A DNA stretch of 24,951 nucleotides from Seminavis robusta (lineage: Eukaryota). Under the pieces are notes generated by a model that saw only the letters and a list, made by a program, of their open reading frames with translations, was not told where the DNA came from and did no database searches. The stretch lies in NCBI GenBank assembly GCA_903772945.1, contig CAICTM010000053.1:124001-148951 (forward strand), read 5' to 3'. How positions within the stretch are numbered: the stretch's first letter is position 1; every line of letters begins with the position of its first letter. Shown one piece after another: positions 1 to 10,612 of this stretch. The position numbers were made by a program, and so were the translations under genes.

Positions 1-1410
1 AGGACTCCCAGTGGGGCTTGGTGTAGGTGGAGTCGAAGGAAAAGGCGTTGGCAACGGTGTTGGTCCCACTACAGGCTGCATGGTTGGGTAAGCAGATGGC
101 GACGACGTTGGCTCTGGGCTTGGTTGCACGGAAGGTTCCGAAGTGGGACCCTTCGTGGGCGTTTCCGTGGGTCCACTTGTTGGACTCGAGGTGGTTGGTC
201 CAGCTGATGGAGGGGGAGATGGTGAGGGTGTTCCAGCGTTTGTGGGAGGAGAAGTCGTTGGCTGGACCGTGAGCGGCCGCCGCGATGGACTTGGTGATGG
301 CGGCCCAGTTGTTGGTCTTGGGGTAGGACGGGAAGAAGGGTTGCGCGTGGGATTGGGTGTTTCAATGGGAACTGGAATTGGATTTGTCTGTGTGCTCGTA
401 GGTGCATCTGTGGGTGGATCCACAGGTTGACCACCGGTAGGTGGACTTGTGCTGGTGGTAGGAGTGATCGTTGATGGTTCTTCTGTAGTGCTGTTTGTGG
501 AATTGGAGCTGATAATCGTTGGAGTTGTTGTTTGAATGGGCACCCCGCCGGCTGGTCCAGGAGTATCCTGTCGATTGTTAGTGTCCAAAGCTGTTGGTGC
601 CAGAGTCACAGGGTTCGCCGGATCTGAGGTTGGAAGCGCGGTCTTTGGGTACAACGTGGGCTTCCCTGTCGGCGATGGCGTCGCGACAAAGGTATTGTCA
701 AAGGTTGGCGGAATTGTCATCGTGTCCATCAATGTGGGAGAAAATGTAATGGAGTTGACAGAATCAGGCTCATCGCCTGTAAATTGAAACTCGGTTGGCT
801 CCATAGTAGGCAGTTCGTCGTCGCCAACGGGAACTTCCAGCCCATCAGCGTCTTGTCGATCTCCTGCTTCTTCTGTGGGTGTTTCCGTGAGTTCTCCCGT
901 TGGTTCCAGTGTAGACACCATGAGAGTTGATTCCAAAGTGGAATCCAACGTTGGTTCGTAAGAAGGCCTTCGACTAGGGAAGTCTGTGGGCGGGGGCGGG
1001 GCGTTTGAGGGTGGAACAGGTAGGGCATTTAGAGGGGGCAGAATTTTCGTTGGCGGTGGAGGACGGATTGTTGGTGAAGGGGTCAGTTCTTCCATTAATT
1101 CTGTATCTATTGCTGTTTCGAAGAACGTTGAACCAAGCGTGTCCTCCAGGGTAGATTCTACTGTCGGTACAAGTGTACCGAGTGGACCAGAGGATGGAGC
1201 AGGAGGAAAGGATGGAGCCACTGTCGCCATACTAACTCCTCCCCTTCGATGATTGGATGCCAATACTAGCAGTAGCAGTATGGATTCTGGAGACAGATTG
1301 ATAAAGGACAGCCTTTGTCCATGATGCGTCGCCCGTCGTCGTCGGCGTCTCTGTCTGTTTCTCGTGACACAATCGTCAGTTTCAATATCGTGGATTATTG
1401 CTTGCGCCAT
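1..1410 (-). CDS. Pro/Thr/Ser-rich mucin-like putative cell-surface/secreted protein (3' end truncated by window edge)
   Basis: Manual translation from the ATG at 1410 gives 470 uninterrupted codons to position 1. It is absent from the ORF track because there is no stop in the window. Sequence: MAQAIIHDIETDDCVTRNRQRRRRRR...ILLLLVLA...MATVAPSFPPAPSS...PTSSPSAYPTMQPVVGPTPLPTPFPSTPPTPSPTGSP. It has dense PT/PS repeats and an acidic middle segment. An alternative start is the ATG at 1230. Confidence 0.85.
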   Translation of the reverse strand, partial: MAQAIIHDIETDDCVTRNRQRRRRRRATHHGQRLSFINLSPESILLLLVLASNHRRGGVSMATVAPSFPPAPSSGPLGTLVPTVESTLEDTLGSTFFETAIDTELMEELTPSPTIRPPPPTKILPPLNALPVPPSNAPPPPTDFPSRRPSYEPTLDSTLESTLMVSTLEPTGELTETPTEEAGDRQDADGLEVPVGDDELPTMEPTEFQFTGDEPDSVNSITFSPTLMDTMTIPPTFDNTFVATPSPTGKPTLYPKTALPTSDPANPVTLAPTALDTNNRQDTPGPAGGVPIQTTTPTIISSNSTNSTTEEPSTITPTTSTSPPTGGQPVDPPTDAPTSTQTNPIPVPIETPNPTRNPSSRPTPRPTTGPPSPSPSRRPLTVQPTTSPPTNAGTPSPSPPPSAGPTTSSPTSGPTETPTKGPTSEPSVQPSPEPTSSPSAYPTMQPVVGPTPLPTPFPSTPPTPSPTGSP

Positions 1411-1558
1411 GGTGCTCTCTATCTATCTGGCAAATGCAATGGTAGTTCTAGATCGAGAATCACAAAAGAGTAAGGGGATTCTTTCTTTCTTAGCGAAGAT
1501 AAAATAAATTAGATGGTGTAGAGGACCAGCTTTTCAATCGCCTTAGCTCAAAGAAGAC

Positions 1559-1792
1559 CTGCAGAGTATAGCACAACGGAAGGACAACAGTATGAGACAA
1601 CATACCAGAACAGGTTCATCCGATCACCAACATGTGTAACACACTCGGCACTCGGCACGGTACACGGCACACCGAACCCACCGAGCGAATAGGTTTTTGG
1701 CCCGAACTACTCAGCCTCAACCAGTGCCGAATTGACGGGCAAGGCAAGCAATGATCAATCTATGCATCTACAACACATCTACACCTCCTTAC
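1559..1792 (-). other. Possible 5'-UTR intron of the Pro/Thr-rich gene
   Basis: On the minus strand there is a strong donor CAG|GTAAGG at 1792 and an acceptor CTCTGCAG|G at 1559, with a CTCAT branch-like motif upstream of it. The intron lies upstream of ATG 1410. Confidence 0.4.
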
Positions 1793-3821
1793 CTGCTGTA
1801 TGTGGTAGACCAAGTCCAAAGCCCTTCAGAAGCAACAACAGTTGGATATGATGATCCTTCCGAGTTGGTTTCGTCCCTGTACCATTGTTGGCAATGGCAA
1901 CGATCGAGAAATCGGTGATCGCCAAGGCAAAGCAGGCGAACTGACAAGGTGCGAAGACTCAAAGAGTTAAGGCGTCATGTTTCAACGGATTAAATAAATC
2001 GGTATGAGTTTGCGTTTTTAGGGACGGCTCCGAGCGCGCCTTCAGAGGTGAATCGTGCAACCAAGATCCAGTGCCGTAAGATGCCGTACCGGTATCACGT
2101 GATGCTACACACCCAATCCAGAAGCCTTCCAGGTTTAGAGCTACTAGCTAGCTAGCACTACTAGCTAGTAGTACGGTGGAGGAGTGCAGTCTACCAGGTA
2201 TTGTTTGACTGGAGCTGCGGTACCGGTATGGTCTGACTGCAGCTCAGAGCTCCAGAGACACAGCCAGAACGGGAGCTGCAAGCGGAACAGGTCCTATTTC
2301 TCCAGGACGGCGTCGTGCAAGTTCGGAATCGGTCTCGATTGTTGTTGGCAGCTGCAAAGATTCGGCAGATTTACCCACTACTAGCTAGCTAGGAGCTTCA
2401 GAACGTCATCGCAAACCTTCGGAACAGGCCAATAGTACCGTACGGATAGCTCCATTTCCTTTTCCGGATGCATGGCTGATCTGCACCCGACTTCGGGCCA
2501 TTGCCCACCAATCCCAGAGCTTAAAAGTCTTCTTCTTGCCAGCCACATATGCATGCGTACATGTAAGAATCCAATGATACGCATTGCTAAATGAAACGCT
2601 GGCCTGCTGGAGCTCCTATCGCAGAAGAACAGGGTATGATGAAGGAAGAGGAAAATCTTCCATCACGACAGCAGTTGACACCAACTCGACGCAGCCACGC
2701 ACCAACACCATTGTCCTCCCTCCCTCCAATTGCAAGGCTCGCATCTATTGTGCTGCACCCAGCTTTTTGGAGGTTGCTTGTCAACCTTCCCAATAGGTGC
2801 CGAGAAATGATGCTAAGGTACAACGAGCGAACAAGATGAACAGCCCAGCCCGTCCCGACCCAGTCGTATGCTTGCAGCAATCTTCTCCCCGACAGCCACC
2901 GCAATGGATATGGCTGATCGTCGAGTTTCTACCTACCAGTCACCAGCGCATGGGTGTTAGTGCTGCTGAGCCAAAGTGCGCACATCTCGCAGAAAGGAAG
3001 CCAAGAGGCAAGCACCGCAACTGTCTGGTTGCAAGCACTGACTGGATGACCACAGTGAACCTCAAGCAAGGCGACCTGCCTTGAGTGCGGTACATGTAGG
3101 AAATGGATTCAAAAGTAAACTACTGCTAGCTAGGACCAAAGAAATCGTGAGATGGCCTGCCTAACTAACACCATTGAGTAGATTTATTTGTAGTTCCGTT
3201 CCGTTTTGTTGTGTTTTGGGTGCGCGTTGACGCTTCCGCTTCATGTATGTTTGCTAGCCAACTGCACCTTCACGACTTCCAAATCTGGGATTTATGAAGG
3301 CGGTAATGCGTATAGTGGCTAGCCAAGTCTACTAGCTATTCCTTCTCTACTTACTTGAAGCTACCTTCGCAGATCAAGTCTTGCTCTACTGTACGGTACC
3401 GGTAGCTGTTAGGTCACTGCCACGCAAACACTGCCCGTCATCAAATCGTGAGGAAACAACGGCCAAAGCTCCACTGTGGCCAGTGCAGCTGGCCGAGCCG
3501 CCGCGCTCTCCTAAGAAGCTCGGAAGGTTGGAAACTGATTTTTGGCAGCGGCCAACGACTTCATTTCTTTCTCTCTTGTCACACAACAGTTTACGGTACA
3601 ACTACCACTGCCCATGGCGTCAATCAGAGCTTGCTTGTCTATTACCGTATCCTCCCCTGCTAGCTATCATAGACTCTAGTATAGAGCAATAGCCTTCACA
3701 TCAATAAGAGCATTGTCTTCCTTTGGAGTCGCCAGCACCTCCATTGACACTCGATTTCGCTCTCATTCTGCCGAACTTCTCCGTTGAGACCAGACGATCA
3801 TAACACGGTAACAATCCAAAG

Positions 3822-4926
3822 ATGGCCGAAGACGACTACTACGTTGGAAATGACGACGGCAATGGTGGCGGCGGCCGATGGTCATCTTATCAAAAGGACG
3901 ACCGGAATTGTCGCGTCTACGATCACAATGACTTTTTCACAGTCTTTGTTCAACTGTTACTAGCCGCTGGTGCATTGGCGTCTCTCTATCTGAAACGCAT
4001 GAAGGAGGTCCCTCGTCGAACCTTCACTACGTGGGCTCTGGATGTTTCCAAACAGGGGGTGGGGGCGTGTTATGCGCATGTGTGCAATATGGTAAGTGAC
4101 ACGAAACAGCAACAGCAGCTGGCCTCTTTTGCATTGAAGTGGCTGTTGGGCTAACACTCCCCTCGATGATCTCTCTTGGTCTCTCTTAACTATTTGGCTA
4201 CACCAGGCCATTGCTGCTATTTTGTCTCAAAGCCTGGAGGGCGAAACAGCGCTAGAAGATGAATGCGCGTGGTACGGATTGAGCTACTTGATTGACACTA
4301 CATTGGGACTGGTGTTGGCCATTATGTTCCTTCGGATACAGGACACCTTGGCCGAAAAGTACAACTTGACAACCATCTTGCACACTGGCGTATACACTGG
4401 CCCAACGGCTTGCAAACACTGGACCCATCAAACCATATGCTGGGTCATCATTCTCACCATTGTCAAGATTATGATTTATTACTTTATGATCATCTGCAAA
4501 GACATGCTTGCCTTCTTTGGAAGCATCCTCTTTGCACCCCTCCAAATCAACATTCGCTTTGAACTACTCTTTGTCATGATCTTCTTTCCTGGATTCTTGA
4601 ATGTCATTTACTTTTGGATTGCCGATTCGTATCTCAAGGCAAAGGATGATTCCTGTGGAGCCTTTGAAGAAGCGCCTCCGAAATCAGACAGGGAAATGTC
4701 CCTCATTTCCAAGGAAGAAAAGGAGGCACAAGAAAGGGCTGATAATGACATGTCATCCATGACAGAGCTGCAAAAACATCAGCAACACGTTCTAGAAGAG
4801 TCCGGCTGGGGCAGACACACAGAATTTATTGCAACATACCTGCCTTCCTGGTCTGTGTTTGGTGTAGAGGCCAAACCAGAAGAAGAGGCAACGACAACCA
4901 ACAACAACACGGGTTCCATGGCATAA
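3822..4926 (+). CDS. TMEM110: STIMATE/TMEM110 (YPL162C-like) multi-pass membrane protein, 2 exons, 329 aa
   Basis: Exon 1 is 3822-4091, the intron is 4092-4206 (GTAAGT...CACCAG) and exon 2 is 4207-4926; they join in frame. Family motifs are KRMKEVPRRTFTTWALDVSKQ, AHVCNM, DECAWYGLSYLIDTTLG, ELLFVMIFFPGFLNVIYFWIADSYLK. Confidence 0.88.
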
Positions 4927-5670
4927 AGGAAAGAGGGTGGCTCTGGAAGTAACGAATAGAATAATTGATTGTATCTTGTTCTGATTCAAAAAGCAACAAC
5001 AACAACATCTGATCAACATCCCAACGAGGATCTTTGTCTTGTGGTTGAGCTAGCATGTAGTGTAAAAAGGTTTATGGTAGCTAGCTCTTATATTGACACT
5101 TCCTACTTGTATGATTCTGTACGGTAGCGGCGGCAGAAATGGGTGGAGACAACCGGTCAGCATTTGGGGAACCTCCAGAGTCGCATCGAGACTGTCAACG
5201 GCTAGCGAGAACCCCAAAACACGGTCTGGAGCATGTCTTTACATCTGATATAAAGAAGATCTTAGTAGTTAGCCAAGTCTTTTGCAAATACAGGTTTTCT
5301 TGGTCTGATAGTATCTCAAGTGTGTTGACCCTTTACGTGTACAGGCCTGCAGTAAAGCCAAGTTCGTCTTCAATTCTCTGGTGCATTGGTGCTTGCTTGA
5401 CCAGCCTCTATAGAAGACGTTTAGGTAGTCGATTTGCTTCATCGGTAGTGCCCTTGCTGATGTTTTGTTTTGCAAGCTTTGGTTGACACTTTTAGCTGGC
5501 CCGGGTTGTCGTTTACTTTCACAATTACAATAGTGTACAGAAGGGGTTCATCATTTTGCGCTTGATATCGAGGAATGAATCCCTCGCGGTGGCCCTCTGT
5601 AATCTGCCGTCTCCTCCCCTCTCCCTCATCTTTAAAGCTCTTGCAGTTCGAAGGGGTATATCGACCCATC

Positions 5671-8514
5671 TTAGATTCCTCCTCCTCCAACAACGGTTGC
5701 TGGAAGACCATTGGCTACGGTTGCTTGAAGGGCCTTCACAAACGAGGACTGAGAAAACTTCTTTGTCAACCCTTCGTCCTCGTCGTCCTCTTCTTCGACC
5801 CCTTGAGCTTCGTCGTGTACGTCTTCATCGCCTTCCACGAGTTTGCTTTCTTTTTCCAACAAACTCTTCGTGTACTTGTCTTGCGCCGACACGGGGCCAC
5901 CACCCAGGACCAAACGAATGATGTCACCCTTGGGTCCCTTGCCCAACTCATTGAAGAACCAAGCAATGCGTTCGTCCCGTTTGCTCAAACCAAGCTCTTC
6001 ACGTTCTCGAGCTTCCTTCCAAGTCACAGCAGACGCATCCAAGAACCGATCCGTTGCAGCCTCCCAGGTGAATTCATGCGCCAGTTCTGGCGTCAATGGT
6101 TCCGGCTCATGTGTCAGCGCCCACTGCAGATTGGCGGCAAACTCGAGCTTATTGCGATACGCCAAGCAGTTGGGGAACTTCAGGAAGAAGGCGTTCGAGG
6201 GATGCACAGGGACAATGGCGAACTTGCCCATGGCCAATGCTTCTGCCGTTGTCGTGCACAAAACTTCCGATACGGATGGATTCACAAAGATTTTGTATTG
6301 AGCATTCTGCCCAAGACTGGCATGATCCACCCGTCCTGGAAACGTGGCGGGTATCGGCTGGCGGCGCCATTCATGAAAGGTTTGCGGTAACTCCGAGAAG
6401 GTGAAGGATTCTTTGAAATTGCGCCAGGGGTCTTCCTTGCGGATGGACTCTTTGATTTTGTCAATATGCTCCCGAAAGGCTGCTTTGGAGGTGAAGATCT
6501 TGGTGGCATTAGCATATGATCTTTTCAAGTTGTTGTTGTCCCTGCTGGATTTTTGTAGGAGTGAACGCCGTGCTCTTTGCCGTCGGTGACGTCGATGTGT
6601 AGAATTGCCGGATTGAGCACTGGTGTGGTTGCGTCGTCCCAGGTACGCTCGTTTAATGGGCTTTTGCTCGGGGCCCGAGCCGTAGATATCAATTTCAAAG
6701 TAAGATCCAGTGACGTGTTTGTAGTAGTCCTGCATCTCCAGGAGTAGATCCAAGCCCTTTGCCCATAACAGCTTTCCAATAAAGTACACTGCCGTTGTCG
6801 AGTTTTGAGGATTGGCCGGACAGGACTCGTCGCTGTCAGTTGTTGATGTCGTGGTTGCTGCCCTTGCCAATCCAATTTCCAAAAAGGCGGATCGCACACC
6901 ATGCACGTTGGATGTTGCTTCCTTCTCTGGAGCAAACGTCTGCAGAACATCACTCAGCTTGATGACTTGATGACAATAGGCTCTAACCATGGCGCTACTG
7001 ACCATGGCAATTGCGGGCGCCGTCCACAAACCACTGTAATGAGCCGACGCGTATTCCTTGTAGTTGGTATGGACGATACCGACCACATAATGAAACTTTT
7101 GCGTCCATCCATCCCCGGGTGCTCTGTACCAGTTGCAGTGCTCGGGTTCTTCCAGGACACAGACATCGGCTGTTTCGGGGGGAATGAGTTTGCAAATATC
7201 ACCCATGGCAAAGATGCTGCGCAATCCTGAGTGGTATCGCGCAGGGTAGAATAATAGTTTCAGGCCAGTCTCTTTGTCGGCTACATCCGGCATTCCCGCA
7301 TTGTCTGCCAACCATGCTCGAATGTAGTCTTCTTGTGCTTGCGGAGATTCAAAGACTTGTCCGTATAGCTCCACCTGGTCTTCTTCCAGTTCTAGCCATG
7401 GGATAACTAGTGTGACCCACTGTTGCTGGGGTGATGCGTTTCTGCTGGTCCCTCCAATTGTTGCCTGGGCAATGGCTCTAGAAGTAACATTGTTGTTTGT
7501 GGAGGTGGTTGTGTAGTTGACAGATTCTTCATCCGAGTCTCCCAAAATGATTTCCACATGTTGTTGTTGCTTGTGTTGGGGTGGATTGTTGATGCGTTGT
7601 GTTCTCCGGTGTAGATAGGCAGCTCGAAGAAGAGGATTGACGGCAGTTCCCGTCATCCATGGCAACGCCGCTGTTGTGACAATATGAAAGTGTCTTCCCG
7701 GCAAAGAAAGGTCTGTTTGTGGAGTGACCTCATTGTCATTGTGGACTATCGTGTTGTTGTTGGTGGTGTCATCGCTAAGAAGAGATGCAGCTGATTCCTT
7801 CTTGACAAAAGAAGATGAGATGAGGGCAATATGATCCAAGAACTTGCGCCTCTGTTCCTTGAGTGAATTGAGCTGTTTGCGTGCCATTTCTTCCATTTTC
7901 TCACTCCAATCGTCATACCCGGCATAGTCTTCTCGGGCTAGTTCATCCTCTTCATCTTCGTCATCACTAAACGAATCGGAAGACACAACTTCATCAAACA
8001 TTTCTGCATCTTCTTCATCTTCCTCTGCTGGAGCCACAGTGGGAGCTTCATACTCATTCCGAAGACGTTGTTGGCCATTAAGGCTTGACCCTTTTTGTTT
8101 GGTTCTTCTAAAACGTCCAAACATGAATCGGAGTGGATTGGGGCGTCTCCTTGTGCTACCAGAAGTTGGCTTTCTAAAGCCCCCATCTGGAACCTTCACT
8201 TCAGAAGAAGCAGCTTTTGTTTTTCTCGGTGGAAACAGAGTCTTCAAGATACCTCTTCGACGTCTTTGCTCTCTCTGATTCCGATCAAGGGGTTCGTGTT
8301 CCTCGCCCTCTTCTTCCTCATCATCTCCAACATTCTGAATGGTATTGCTCTGGATTCTTCTCCAAAACCGTCTATTGCCGTTATTGCTGCTTGCTGCTGT
8401 GGCGGCAATGCCCTGTGGACTGGAAGATTCGACTTGTCCCGTTAAGACAAACACCAGTAGAATCAGCAGGGAGATCCAACTGCCAAGATTGCACCGTGGA
8501 ATCGTGCGCGCCAT
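5671..8514 (-). CDS. DGD: Digalactosyldiacylglycerol synthase (GT4 family), 947 aa, with N-terminal signal peptide and long extension
   Basis: DGD signature motifs are present: IVTTAALPWMTGTAVNPLLRAAYL, VTLVIPWL, FYPARY, ADVCVLEEPEHCNWYR, VVGIVHTNYKEY, YCHQVIKLS, NVHGVR, YFIGKLLWAKG, FVNPSVSEVLCTTTAEALAMGK, HPSNAFF, FTWEAATDRF. The ORF is uninterrupted. Confidence 0.95.
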   Translation of the reverse strand: MARTIPRCNLGSWISLLILLVFVLTGQVESSSPQGIAATAASSNNGNRRFWRRIQSNTIQNVGDDEEEEGEEHEPLDRNQREQRRRRGILKTLFPPRKTKAASSEVKVPDGGFRKPTSGSTRRRPNPLRFMFGRFRRTKQKGSSLNGQQRLRNEYEAPTVAPAEEDEEDAEMFDEVVSSDSFSDDEDEEDELAREDYAGYDDWSEKMEEMARKQLNSLKEQRRKFLDHIALISSSFVKKESAASLLSDDTTNNNTIVHNDNEVTPQTDLSLPGRHFHIVTTAALPWMTGTAVNPLLRAAYLHRRTQRINNPPQHKQQQHVEIILGDSDEESVNYTTTSTNNNVTSRAIAQATIGGTSRNASPQQQWVTLVIPWLELEEDQVELYGQVFESPQAQEDYIRAWLADNAGMPDVADKETGLKLLFYPARYHSGLRSIFAMGDICKLIPPETADVCVLEEPEHCNWYRAPGDGWTQKFHYVVGIVHTNYKEYASAHYSGLWTAPAIAMVSSAMVRAYCHQVIKLSDVLQTFAPEKEATSNVHGVRSAFLEIGLARAATTTSTTDSDESCPANPQNSTTAVYFIGKLLWAKGLDLLLEMQDYYKHVTGSYFEIDIYGSGPEQKPIKRAYLGRRNHTSAQSGNSTHRRHRRQRARRSLLQKSSRDNNNLKRSYANATKIFTSKAAFREHIDKIKESIRKEDPWRNFKESFTFSELPQTFHEWRRQPIPATFPGRVDHASLGQNAQYKIFVNPSVSEVLCTTTAEALAMGKFAIVPVHPSNAFFLKFPNCLAYRNKLEFAANLQWALTHEPEPLTPELAHEFTWEAATDRFLDASAVTWKEAREREELGLSKRDERIAWFFNELGKGPKGDIIRLVLGGGPVSAQDKYTKSLLEKESKLVEGDEDVHDEAQGVEEEDDEDEGLTKKFSQSSFVKALQATVANGLPATVVGGGGI

Positions 8515-9774
8515 TGTGTCAATTCAATTATCACTAGATACCTGGTAGTGATGACTTTCAAATCTCTCTCTCTGACTTGCTTCTACCGGTATACCCTTCC
8601 TTTCTTCTTTCAATTCCAATGCCTGCTGCATCCATCAATGATGGAACAAACGAATCGAATCAAACGGACGAATGGATCTACTCTGGCTAAAATGGTTGTC
8701 TTTGGCGCTCTTTTCTTCTCCTTGCAGTTGCGTTCTCTCGGAACGCAATATCAGAATTTTGAATTGCCCACCATGGTCGATGTTGATTGTTGATTGGTCA
8801 AAGTCAGCTTTCAATAAAAAGAGAGCTAAATTTGTCGACACTCTTTAAATCTTTGAGATGCCAGCAACGTCAGCAGGAGACGTACTATGAGAACACGTAC
8901 CACCGGCAACCTACCAGTGGCAAAAGCTACCAGCTGCAGGTCAACTCTTCTGCTTCAAACTAATACCATCCTGGTGCTCGTATCGTATGTCTTTTTTGGC
9001 TGCAAGTCTATTATTACTGGAGTTGTCGTTTGGGCTTCAGCCTTTCCTACAGTCTAATTTCAAAGCCTGTGTGGATTTCAGCGCTCTACCGGTATGGTAG
9101 CCAGTCAGCGTGAACGAAAGCTGGCCACTGGATAGAGCAGAGAAGCAAAGACCAACACAGTGCGGCATGTCTCACCTAAACCTATCCCCGTACCCATGAT
9201 CTTCCCATACATAACTCCTGACTTAGTAGGAAGAAAACTGATATCTTATTACTCGTAGACCATGCTGATCTGCATTCATAGACCTCCGGGGTCAGCACGG
9301 ATGCGTGCCCTCGAAAGTATCCTCAACTCTAATGGTGTAAGAATCCGTTCGAATTGCCAACCGTTATCGACTGCCAAAGGGCGGGCAAACAATCGAATGT
9401 CGCCCCGTGCACTGTGGGGATTTCTGTACCGTGCCACCAAGGACAACATTTTGACCTCCCTCCACTCGGCATCACCAGCACAACATCATCAGGCAGCACC
9501 ACCTTGACGACGACAACAGAGGTCCATTTGCCATCCGAACATCTACCAGTTGGCCACACTCTACTAGACTTCAAGTAAAAGCCGCTATAGTCTCGCGACA
9601 AGATTTCCAGTTGATTAGTCCATTCGGTTTCCATTAGAATCGACTTGACTTTTGCGTCGGTGGAAGTGGTGGTGGCATTGGTTTCTGGCCTTTTCCAACC
9701 TCCAGTTTTAGTTAGTTGTTCGGACCCATTAGTTGCTTTTGTTCTTTCCACTCGGCAAACAGAACGCATCCATC

Positions 9775-10612
9775 ATGGGGGCGGCACTATCCAATTACAC
9801 GACAATTCTGGCAAATACGCTGTGCGGTGGATCGTCTCGCAAGCTGATTGCAGGGTGGTGGTACGTTTTTTTTCATGGCCAAAAAGCAGTTTGTTGTTGT
9901 ACATGACTTGGTCTCATCAAAACCACAACGTTTATTTCCTCCCCTTATTATTATCTCTCTACTAGGTACTCTATTCTGGGTATAACGGGTAGCCTCATGC
10001 TAATGTCCATCTTTGTCATGGGCACCCGATCACTTGCTGAAGGTTTTGCGTCGATATGGTCCGCATTGATGCTGCTGATGCTCAGTATTGGTGGAACCAT
10101 GATTATGCGAAAATTTCACAACTCCATGGCGGTGGGTTTCTTTATGGGATCCGTCGTCGCCATGTCACAAATGTTCTTTTTACTCTTTCTAATGTAAGTT
10201 CTGCCACGACGAGTGCTGTGAGTGAATAGTGATGTGAGTTGGCTCGGATGCTCACCTACAAGGTGCTTCTCTCCCATGTCATCCATACCACACTCTGGAA
10301 CCCAATCTATTTCTATACACAACAATCATCATCATCACCAACGACGCTACTACTAGATACATTGGATACGGCAAAGATCAATCGACACAAGGGAAGTCCT
10401 ACAAGGGAGAATCCGTCATGAGCCTACTGTGTTTAGCCCAGTCCATCTTATTGGGTAGCTTTGCCGCCATTTTGGGCGCCCATCGATCCGAAATTCTAGA
10501 CAAGCCAACATCCTACGAAGAGATGCAAGACTTTCCTTCGGTCAATCCCAACCGACCGGCAGATTCCTACGATCCACCCACCCGTGCTTCGACAGACAGT
10601 GGACAATCATAA
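9775..10612 (+). CDS. Small four-TM membrane protein of unknown function, 3 exons, 189 aa
   Basis: Exons are 9775-9860, 9966-10193 and 10357-10612. Introns are 9861-9965 (GTACGT...CTAG) and 10194-10356 (GTAAGT...CTAG). Splicing gives 570 nt in frame and links the track ORFs at 9997 and 10418: MGAALSNYTTILANTLCGGSSRKLIAGWWYSILGITGSLMLMSIFV...FFLLFLIYIGYGKDQSTQGKSYKGESVMSLLCLAQSILLGSFAAILGAHRSEIL. There are four hydrophobic segments. Confidence 0.82.

Noticed and set aside
27..1252. Gly/Val-rich plus-strand ORFs
   Set aside because: They are the reverse-complement reading of the Pro/Thr-rich minus-strand gene.
2184..3692. Short ORFs between the Pro/Thr-rich gene and TMEM110
   Set aside because: They are short, overlap on both strands, show no family signal, and are interspersed with the non-coding palindromic motifs.
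5575..6390. 271-aa plus-strand ORF and other ORFs antisense to DGD
   Set aside because: These are shadow ORFs opposite a well-supported gene and have no recognisable motifs.
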